Of a DNA stretch of 24,000 nt, positions 1-7,136 are shown one piece after another; the first letter of the stretch is position 1; each line of letters starts with the position of its first letter. Source of the DNA: Nitrosophilus alvini. Its GTDB lineage: Bacteria; Campylobacterota; Campylobacteria; Campylobacterales; Nitratiruptoraceae. Location of the stretch: positions 1,750,003 through 1,774,002 of the forward strand of contig NZ_AP022847.1 in NCBI RefSeq assembly GCF_015100395.1. The letters run 5' to 3'. The translations under genes were made by a program, and so were the position numbers. The notes beneath the pieces were generated by a model. The model was not told the DNA's origin. It searched no databases and worked only from the letters and a program-made list of their open reading frames with translations.

Positions 1-1239
1 ATAATTTCCGTAAACCTCGTCTGGATTCTTTGCAGCCTATGGGGAGCCATTCCCCTTTTACTCTATACCGATATCGGATTTTGGGACGCTTTTTTTGAAG
101 CTGTAAGCGGCTTTACTACAACCGGGGCTACAATATATACCGATATTGATTCGCTGCCCAAATGGGTTCTTCTTTTGAGGTCTTTAATGCACTGGCTTGG
201 AGGAATGGGTATCATCGTCCTCGGAGTAGGACTTTTTTCTTTGATAAATCCTACAGGCTCGCTAACTCTCTTCAAAGCCGAATCAACAGGTATAAAACTC
301 GAAAAACTGACCCCAAAAATAAAAGATACAGCAATCAGACTATGGGGAATATATCTTTTTTTGACTCTCATTGATACCCTTTTGCTCAAAATCGGCGGAA
401 TGAACCTGTTCGATGCTGTAAACCACGCATTTTCAACCATATCTACAGGCGGATTTTCTACAAAAACAGAATCTCTGGGGCATTGGCAGAGCCCTTTTAT
501 CTTGTGGGTGACAACAGTTTTTATGATAATTTCCGGGATAAATTTTCTTGCGCATCTGAAGCTTTTTTACAAAGATTTCAGAGCTTACAACAGCGAAGAG
601 GTAAAATGGTATCTGAAAATCTTTCTTCTTCTCTCAATCTTGCTGACAACTGTACATTTTTTCAGCAGTGGCGATACCTTTTTTGACTCTATAACCCACT
701 CATTTTTTACAATAGCTTCTATTTTGACAACAACAGGCTTTGCATCTTTAGATTATGAACAGTGGGGAGCTATGGCAACAGCGCTTGTATTTGCAGCCAT
801 GCTTATCGGAGGAAATGCAGGGTCTACCGCCGGAGGAGCAAAAGTAATAAGATATGTTGTACTTTTCAAAAACTTATCCGTACAGATAAAAAGGATTCTT
901 CATCCCAGTGCTGTTATAGGGATATTTGTTGACGGTCAAAGAATAAAAAATGATGTACTTGGATCGACTGCCGGTTTTCTGCTTCTTTTTGCCGCGACAA
1001 ATACACTCATAGCGCTTTATCTTTTTGCAAGAGGATATGATACTCTTACATCGGTAAGTACCGCAATAGCTATTGTGGGCAATATAGGTCCCGGATTTTC
1101 TCTGACCGGTCCGGCTCAAAACTATGCACTATTCAGCTGGGCGGACAAAGCCTTACTCTCTTTCGGCATGATTGCAGGCAGACTAGAGTTTTATACAGTT
1201 ATTATGCTGTTTAGCAGAGAGTTTTGGAAGAGATTCTGA
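1..1239 (+). CDS. trkH: TrkH/KtrB-family K+ uptake membrane subunit, 5'-truncated by the window edge
   Basis: Frame +1 is open from nt 1 (IISVNLVWILCSLWGAIPLLLYTDIGFWDAFFEAVSGFTTTGAT...) and runs into ORF 175..1239, so the true start is upstream of the window. Polytopic membrane protein with the repeated glycine pore-loop motifs typical of TrkH/KtrB (SGFTTTGAT, STISTGGFS, LTTTGFAS, VGNIGPGFS). Confidence 0.9.
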   Translation: MISVNLVWILCSLWGAIPLLLYTDIGFWDAFFEAVSGFTTTGATIYTDIDSLPKWVLLLRSLMHWLGGMGIIVLGVGLFSLINPTGSLTLFKAESTGIKLEKLTPKIKDTAIRLWGIYLFLTLIDTLLLKIGGMNLFDAVNHAFSTISTGGFSTKTESLGHWQSPFILWVTTVFMIISGINFLAHLKLFYKDFRAYNSEEVKWYLKIFLLLSILLTTVHFFSSGDTFFDSITHSFFTIASILTTTGFASLDYEQWGAMATALVFAAMLIGGNAGSTAGGAKVIRYVVLFKNLSVQIKRILHPSAVIGIFVDGQRIKNDVLGSTAGFLLLFAATNTLIALYLFARGYDTLTSVSTAIAIVGNIGPGFSLTGPAQNYALFSWADKALLSFGMIAGRLEFYTVIMLFSREFWKRF

Positions 1240-2381
1240 TGAATAAAAACATTGTATATCTTGGGATCGTAAGTTTTTTTACGGATATGGCGACCGCCAT
1301 GACAGTTCCTCTGATTCCCATATACATAGTATATGCTCTTCATGAAGGAGTAGACAAAGTAGGCATCATAGCTTCGCTCTCCGCTTTTGTCTCATACGGA
1401 CTGAGATTTTTTTCAGGATATATCAGCGACAGGTACGGGATTGTAAAACCTCTTGTGGTTACAGGATATCTCTTTTCCGCATTTTCAAAGCCGCTTCTTG
1501 CTTTCACTGCGGACTGGAGAGGGGTTGCCCTTCTTAGAAGTCTTGAGAGATTTGGAAAAGCTTTGCGCTCCGCGCCGAAAGATATGATGATATCGTACTA
1601 TTCATCAAAAAACAGGGAAGGAAAAAGTTTCGGTTTTCACAAAACACTTGATATTGCAGGAGAGATGAGCGGAAATATTATACTTTTTGCTCTGCTGTAC
1701 TATTTCGGAAGTTCAAAAGAGATAATACAAAATATTTTTATATCTACCGCCATACCCGGAGTTATAGCGGTGATCATTATGATTTTCTTTGTCCGTGATA
1801 TAAAAAAGGAAAAAAAGAAAATCAGATTTACCCTCAGGGATAAAGAGAAAAAAATTCTAAAAGTATTAGGATTTTATTTTGCTTTTATCTTTTTCATCTT
1901 TTCACAGCCTTTTTTTATTCTAAGAGCAAAAGAAGCCGGTTTTTCTACACATACCATACCGCTTTTGATGATACTTTTTACGCTTGTTCAGACACTTACA
2001 AGTTATAAACTGGGAATCCTTACAGACAAAATCGGTGCTAAAAAGATTCTTTTTATGAGTATGGGGGCCGGATTTTTGGCAGTTTTGTCTCTGATAGACA
2101 AGAGTACTGTCTGGTTCGCATTTCTCTTTTTCGGAATATTCATGGTAGGCTCTTTGAACGCTTTGAGGGCATACATATCAAAAGAGAGTGTAAACCAAGG
2201 AACCGTCTACGGTATTTTTTATACATTCAATGCCATTACGGCATCTTTGGGTGCTCTTGTTTCCGGATATTTGTGGGAACATCTAGGCTTTAATGCAGCA
2301 CTTCTTTTCTCGAGTACCGGTATGGCAGTGGTACTACTCTTTTATGCAGCAAAAACACTTCCGGATATCAAAAATGGCTGA
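1239..2381 (+). CDS. MFS-family transporter
   Basis: Hydrophobic multi-TM protein with an MFS motif-A-like loop (GYISDRYGIVKP) after TM2 and a Lys-rich central loop. I prefer ATG 1239 (MNKNIVYLG...), which shares 1 nt with the trkH TGA (1237-1239), over the TTG at 1224 in the ORF track. Confidence 0.8.
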   Translation: MNKNIVYLGIVSFFTDMATAMTVPLIPIYIVYALHEGVDKVGIIASLSAFVSYGLRFFSGYISDRYGIVKPLVVTGYLFSAFSKPLLAFTADWRGVALLRSLERFGKALRSAPKDMMISYYSSKNREGKSFGFHKTLDIAGEMSGNIILFALLYYFGSSKEIIQNIFISTAIPGVIAVIIMIFFVRDIKKEKKKIRFTLRDKEKKILKVLGFYFAFIFFIFSQPFFILRAKEAGFSTHTIPLLMILFTLVQTLTSYKLGILTDKIGAKKILFMSMGAGFLAVLSLIDKSTVWFAFLFFGIFMVGSLNALRAYISKESVNQGTVYGIFYTFNAITASLGALVSGYLWEHLGFNAALLFSSTGMAVVLLFYAAKTLPDIKNG

Positions 2382-3999
2382 TCTGGTTATAAAAGAGGTT
2401 AGCGTCAAATATAAAGATATAACGGCTTTGAAACCGGTATCCTTTGAAGCCGACAGCGGCGAAATTATAGGATTTATCGGTGCTGATGGGGCCGGGAAAA
2501 GCTCACTTATGCACGCTATTGCCGGAGTTAAAAGCTTTTCGGGAGAGATAAGATACAAAGATATTATATACCACTCTCCAAAAGAAGCCGAAAAAGCAAA
2601 GCCGTATCTTGGTCTTATGCCCCAGGGTATCGGACTTATGCTTTATGATCTGCTAAGTGTTGAAGAGCATCTTGAGTTTTTCTCGGAGATAAGAGGGGTA
2701 AAAAAGGATAGAAAATTTTTTGAATACAGGCGCAGACTCCTCAAAATGGCCGGCCTTGAAAAGTTTACAAAAAGGGAGGCCGGAAAGCTGAGCGGCGGTA
2801 TGAGACAGAAACTCTCTCTTATATGTACACTTATTCACAAACCCAAACTTCTGATACTCGACGAACCCACTACCGGAGTGGATCCTTTGAGCCGCCTTGA
2901 ACTATGGGAGATTCTTGACGACATTAGAAAAAAACAAAACTCTTTGATACTAGTAAGTACTGCCTATATGCAGGAAGCCGGAAAGTCGGACAGAGTACTG
3001 CTTTTTGAAGATGGAAAGGTGATAGCCCAGGGCAGTTCAAAAGAGCTTATAGAAAGCGCCAGGCCCTATGTATATGAAAAAACCGAGTGTGAAGAGTGCA
3101 TATCTGTGCACAATACTACATACTCTGTGAAAAAGCTTGATGCAAAACACAAAGAACCTACACTTGAAGCTCTTTTTTTTATAAACTATCTTAAAAAATA
3201 TAAAAAGCCCCCCGAAATCAAAACACCCAAAAAAGAGAAACAGCGAAAGATACCCCCTGTTATACTCGAAGCAAAAGGATTGACCAAAAGATTTGACAGC
3301 TTTGTCGCAAACGATCATATAGATATGAAGCTAAAATCTGGTGAAATACTCGGCCTTTTGGGTGCAAACGGAGCCGGAAAAACCACTTTCATCAAAATGC
3401 TCTTGGGGCTTTATCCTATCGATGAAGGCGAACTCTATCTGCTTGGAAGAAGAATAAAAACCGGCAAAGACAGAGAACATTTGAAAAATCTGATAGGATA
3501 TGTCAGCCAAAGATTTGCTCTTTACAGCGACATGACAATAAGGGAAAATCTCAACTATTTTGCATCAATGCATAAAATAGATATCTTAACTGCCGCAAAA
3601 CTGATAGAGAAATATGCACAAAATCTCGGCTTCAAAGAGTACCTTGACGATTTTCCCAAAAATCTGCCTCTTGGAATAAACCAGCGCTTCTCCGTCGCTG
3701 CAGCTCTTATGCATGAACCTGTAGTTCTTTTTCTTGACGAACCCACATCCGGTGTAGACGTTATTGCAAGAGCGCAGTTTTGGCAGCTTTTAAGAGCACT
3801 GAAAGAGGAGTGGGGCATTTCTATACTTATCACTACCCATTATATGAATGAAGCAGAGTTCTGCGACCGTGTAGTCGTTCTCAAACAAGGCAAAAAGATA
3901 GCGGACGACAGTGTGGAAAACCTATATAAAAATTTTCCCGAAGCAAAAAGTTTCGAAGATATCTTTTTACAGTTTTATAAAAGTGATACCGGTTATTAA
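2374..3999 (+). CDS. ABC transporter ATP-binding protein with two fused NBDs (YbhF-type, ABC-2 exporter ATPase)
   Basis: Two nucleotide-binding domains. Walker A: GADGAGKSS / GANGAGKTT. Signature: LSGGMRQKL / degenerate LPLGINQRF. Walker B: LLILDEPTTGVD / VLFLDEPTSGVD. They are joined by a Lys/Pro-rich linker (KKYKKPPEIKTPKKEKQRKIPP). Start moved to ATG 2374 (MADLVIKEV), overlapping the MFS stop by 8 nt; the 2293 start of the ORF track lies inside the MFS gene. Confidence 0.9.
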   Translation: MADLVIKEVSVKYKDITALKPVSFEADSGEIIGFIGADGAGKSSLMHAIAGVKSFSGEIRYKDIIYHSPKEAEKAKPYLGLMPQGIGLMLYDLLSVEEHLEFFSEIRGVKKDRKFFEYRRRLLKMAGLEKFTKREAGKLSGGMRQKLSLICTLIHKPKLLILDEPTTGVDPLSRLELWEILDDIRKKQNSLILVSTAYMQEAGKSDRVLLFEDGKVIAQGSSKELIESARPYVYEKTECEECISVHNTTYSVKKLDAKHKEPTLEALFFINYLKKYKKPPEIKTPKKEKQRKIPPVILEAKGLTKRFDSFVANDHIDMKLKSGEILGLLGANGAGKTTFIKMLLGLYPIDEGELYLLGRRIKTGKDREHLKNLIGYVSQRFALYSDMTIRENLNYFASMHKIDILTAAKLIEKYAQNLGFKEYLDDFPKNLPLGINQRFSVAAALMHEPVVLFLDEPTSGVDVIARAQFWQLLRALKEEWGISILITTHYMNEAEFCDRVVVLKQGKKIADDSVENLYKNFPEAKSFEDIFLQFYKSDTGY

Positions 4000-4020
4000 G
4001 ATTAGCGTATCCCGAAAGGA

Positions 4021-5148
4021 TTGGTTTTGAGACTAAATGTCATTAAAGCATATATTTTAAAAGAGTTTACAGAACTTTTTCGCTCAAAAATAATAGTTAT
4101 GGTCTATTTTATGCCTACAATGATTATCATTCTATTCGGATACGGTATCAGAATGGAGGTAACTGATATAAGAACGGTTATTCTTGACTACGACAACTCC
4201 AAACTATCTTTGGATCTTATCTCAAAATTTGAAAATTCCAGATATTTTGACGTTGATACACTGAATATATCCGAAAAAGATGCCCTGAGTCTTATAAAAA
4301 AGGCAAAAAAAGATATCATCATAATTATCCCCGCAGGATTTGAAAAAAATCTTTTAAAAGGCATAAAAAGCGAAATAGGTATATTTATCGATGCTTCCTT
4401 TCCGGTAAGGTCAACAACAATGGAAAATTATACAAAAGGGGTTATTTTGCATGAGGCCGCAAATCTTGCATCCGAAAAAGGAATCGAGCCGAAAAAACTG
4501 ATCGAAATAAACCAAAGATACCTGTTCAATCAGGGTCTCAGAGACGAAGATATGATAGTTCCCGGCCTCATTGGTCTTGTTTTACTTGTAGCTCCCGCAA
4601 TATTGTCGGCCTTGCTTATAGTAAAAGAGAAAGAAAAAGGGACGATTTTCAATTTCTACTCGTCCCCTGTAAAAAAAAGCGAATTTCTCATAGCAAAACT
4701 GACTCCGCCGTTTCTTCTGCATTCAGTCAATATTTTCATACTGTTTTTATGGGCCACATATCTTTTTGATGTCCCTTTCAGAGGCAGTTTCTGGCTATAC
4801 TGGCTCTCTTCGGAACTCTATATAATAATCAGTATAGGTATCGGCCTTCTGGTATCCATAATTACTTCTACGCAGATAGTAGCGGTAGTTCTTTCCATTA
4901 TAATTACCATTATTCCTGGTTTTTTATATTCCGGAATGTTGATGCCGATATCATCCATGGAAGGGGAGTCCTATATTGAAGCCCATATATATCCGGTTAT
5001 GTACTACAATCATATTGTTTACGATACATTTCTCGTAGGAAACGGTATCGAGTCTCCTAAAAACCTTTTATATCTTTTCATACTTGCAGCTTACGGGCTT
5101 TTTCTGATTTTTTTGGGATCTTCGATGATAAAAAAGGAGCTTAAATGA
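4021..5148 (+). CDS. ABC-2 type transporter permease (YbhS/YbhR-like)
   Basis: One N-terminal TM, a roughly 150-aa extracytoplasmic loop, then a C-terminal bundle of TMs. This is the ABC-2 permease layout, and the gene sits directly after the tandem-NBD ATPase. Start is TTG 4021 or the in-frame TTG 4027, which is better spaced from AAAGGA at 4015-4020. Confidence 0.85.
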   Translation: MVLRLNVIKAYILKEFTELFRSKIIVMVYFMPTMIIILFGYGIRMEVTDIRTVILDYDNSKLSLDLISKFENSRYFDVDTLNISEKDALSLIKKAKKDIIIIIPAGFEKNLLKGIKSEIGIFIDASFPVRSTTMENYTKGVILHEAANLASEKGIEPKKLIEINQRYLFNQGLRDEDMIVPGLIGLVLLVAPAILSALLIVKEKEKGTIFNFYSSPVKKSEFLIAKLTPPFLLHSVNIFILFLWATYLFDVPFRGSFWLYWLSSELYIIISIGIGLLVSIITSTQIVAVVLSIIITIIPGFLYSGMLMPISSMEGESYIEAHIYPVMYYNHIVYDTFLVGNGIESPKNLLYLFILAAYGLFLIFLGSSMIKKELK

Positions 5149-6242
5149 TCTCCTATATAAAACAGTTCTGGACCATCGTGGCAAAAGAGCTGTTCAGCTT
5201 TCTGAGGTCTTGGGGGCTCGTTGCGGTAGTCCTGTACTCTTTTACACTCGATATCTATATAGCCGGGAAAGGAATAAGTCTGGAGGCAAAAAATATAAGT
5301 GTGGGTGTCTTTGACAATACCAGCGGTGCTTTGAGTAACAAAATCGTCTCATCTTTACACAAACCGCAGTTTAAAAAGCCGGTTTTTTTCAAATCCGAAA
5401 AAGAGCTGCAAGACGCAATATTCAATAGAGACATAATGATGGGGCTTATATTTGATTCCGACTTTGAAAAAGAGTATTTTCAAAACAAAAATCCCAGAAT
5501 TGATGTTATACTTGACTCAACTGCGGCAACGCAGGCGTATATGGCACTTCAATATCTGGCAAACATTGCAATGGATGTCTCTAAAATTGAAAATCTGTTT
5601 CCTATCGAACTGAAAATACACAAACTCTTCAACGAAAATGCCGAAAACTCCTATTTTATGGCCATATCCGAGATGCTATCCATCATAACACTTATAGGAG
5701 TGATACTCAGTGCGGCAGTTTTCGTAAAAGAGAAGGAACAGGGAACCTGGGACATGATGCTTCTTATGCCGATTAACTCGAAAATTACCATACTTGCAAA
5801 AAGCTTTTCTCAGGTTATTATCATACTTGTGGGCACTTTTTTGTCAGTTGGACTTATACTGTTCGGCGCTTTCGATGTCCCTTTAAACGGCTCTTTAATG
5901 GCTTTTTTTGCATTGAGCTTCTTTTTTACATTCACTATTGCGGGTATAGGTCTTTTCATTGCCGCTGCTTCAAAATCGATGATGCAGGTAACACAGTTAT
6001 CTGTAATAATTATGATGCCGCTTATATTCCTGAGCGGCGCATGGACGCCCATATATGCAATGCATCCTGTTTTACAATATATGTCACTGTTTTCACCTTT
6101 GAGATTTTATATAGAGGGTACTGAGAGTATATTTTTCAGAGGAACGCCGATTGAGGATTTATGGATATACTTTGCCGGTGTTCTGATTTTGGGGATTCCT
6201 CTTTTTCTATACGGTTTCAGAAAAATAGGAAAACTGTTTTGA
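5145..6242 (+). CDS. ABC-2 type transporter permease (second subunit, YbhR/YbhS-like)
   Basis: Same topology as the preceding permease and a paralogue of it. ATGA start/stop overlap with the upstream gene (5145-5148). AAGGAG Shine-Dalgarno at about 5134-5139. Confidence 0.85.
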   Translation: MISYIKQFWTIVAKELFSFLRSWGLVAVVLYSFTLDIYIAGKGISLEAKNISVGVFDNTSGALSNKIVSSLHKPQFKKPVFFKSEKELQDAIFNRDIMMGLIFDSDFEKEYFQNKNPRIDVILDSTAATQAYMALQYLANIAMDVSKIENLFPIELKIHKLFNENAENSYFMAISEMLSIITLIGVILSAAVFVKEKEQGTWDMMLLMPINSKITILAKSFSQVIIILVGTFLSVGLILFGAFDVPLNGSLMAFFALSFFFTFTIAGIGLFIAAASKSMMQVTQLSVIIMMPLIFLSGAWTPIYAMHPVLQYMSLFSPLRFYIEGTESIFFRGTPIEDLWIYFAGVLILGIPLFLYGFRKIGKLF

Positions 6243-6297
6243 AATTTTTGCAAAACTTTTATATACTGAATTTAATGCTCTAGAAATGAGGTGTTGA

Positions 6298-7056
6298 ATG
6301 GAAAAAGAAAAATACAAAAAAGAACTGTACCATCTGCAGGTGGAGCTTGTTAAATTTCAGCGCCACGTTATCAATAACGACATAAAAGTATGTGTGCTTA
6401 TCGAAGGCAGAGACGCGGCAGGAAAAGACGGAACGATAAAAAGGTTTACCGAACATATGAGTCCGAGAGATACAAGAATAGTCGCACTGGGAAAACCGAC
6501 GGAAATCGATAAAAAATACTGGTATTTTCAAAGATATATTCATTATCTGCCAAGAGGCGGGGAGATAGTCTTTTTCAACCGCAGCTGGTACAACAGAGCG
6601 GGTGTGGAAAAAGTGATGGGTTTTTGCACAAAAAAGCAGTATGAAAAATTTATGGAGCAGGTTCCCAATTTCGAACATCTCCTTGTTCACGACGGAATGC
6701 TGTTTTTCAAATACTATCTTGATATAAGCAAAGAAGAGCAGAAAAGAAGACTCGAAGAGAGGAAAAAAAATCCCTTGAAGCAGTGGAAATTGAGTCCCAT
6801 AGATGATATGGCACAAAAACTGTGGAAAGAGTATTCTCTGGCACGAGATGAGATGTTTTCAATGACACATTTTGCATATGCTCCCTGGACGATAGTGAGA
6901 GCCGATGACAAAAAAAATGCGAGACTCAATATCATAAAAAATTTTCTAAGCAGAGTAGACTACCCCGAAAAAGATGAAAAAATCTGCATTTTTGACCCAA
7001 ATACGGTTTTTGACTTTGATATAAGCTGTTATGAGAAAGGAATGATTGCTCCTTAA
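6298..7056 (+). CDS. ppk2: Polyphosphate kinase 2 (single-domain PPK2), copy 1
   Basis: PPK2 P-loop GRDAAGKDGTIKRFTEHMSPR (from nt 6406) plus conserved blocks FFNRSWYNRAGVE and NPLKQWKLSPID. GAGGTG SD upstream of the ATG. About half the residues are identical to the second PPK2 at 15344..16255, by eye. Confidence 0.9.
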   Translation: MEKEKYKKELYHLQVELVKFQRHVINNDIKVCVLIEGRDAAGKDGTIKRFTEHMSPRDTRIVALGKPTEIDKKYWYFQRYIHYLPRGGEIVFFNRSWYNRAGVEKVMGFCTKKQYEKFMEQVPNFEHLLVHDGMLFFKYYLDISKEEQKRRLEERKKNPLKQWKLSPIDDMAQKLWKEYSLARDEMFSMTHFAYAPWTIVRADDKKNARLNIIKNFLSRVDYPEKDEKICIFDPNTVFDFDISCYEKGMIAP

Positions 7057-7093
7057 ATTTTGTATGTTTAAAATATTTTTTAAATATATAAGC

Positions 7094-7099
7094 TATAAT
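7094..7099 (+). promoter_or_regulatory. Candidate -10 box (TATAAT) for the GGDEF-EAL gene
   Basis: Perfect TATAAT in an AT-rich spacer, about 38 nt upstream of the GTG start at 7137. No clear -35, as is usual for Campylobacterota-type promoters. Confidence 0.4.
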
Positions 7100-7136
7100 T
7101 ATCTTATCCCTATCCAAAAATTACCAAGGCATAGCT

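Noticed and set aside
63-440. 125-aa minus-strand ORF at the left edge.
   Set aside because: It is antisense to the strongly supported trkH reading frame, which is open from nt 1, and has no recognisable features.
2293-2373. Upstream start of the ABC ATPase as given in the ORF track (MQHFFSRVPVWQ...).
   Set aside because: It would overlap the MFS gene by 89 nt and add a non-homologous leader. ATG 2374 begins the canonical NBD N-terminus (MADLVIKEVSVKY).
3160-3260. Lys/Pro-rich low-complexity stretch (A-rich DNA) inside the ABC ATPase, considered as a repeat or frameshift site.
   Set aside because: The reading frame is continuous, and the segment sits exactly between the two NBDs. It is an inter-domain linker.
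6280-6816. 178-aa minus-strand ORF antisense to PPK2 copy 1. A similar ORF (15719..16072, plus strand, 117 aa) lies antisense to PPK2 copy 2.
   Set aside because: Both lie entirely inside well-supported PPK2 genes. They have low-complexity F/K/L-rich translations, no SD and no motifs. They are shadow ORFs typical of AT-rich DNA.
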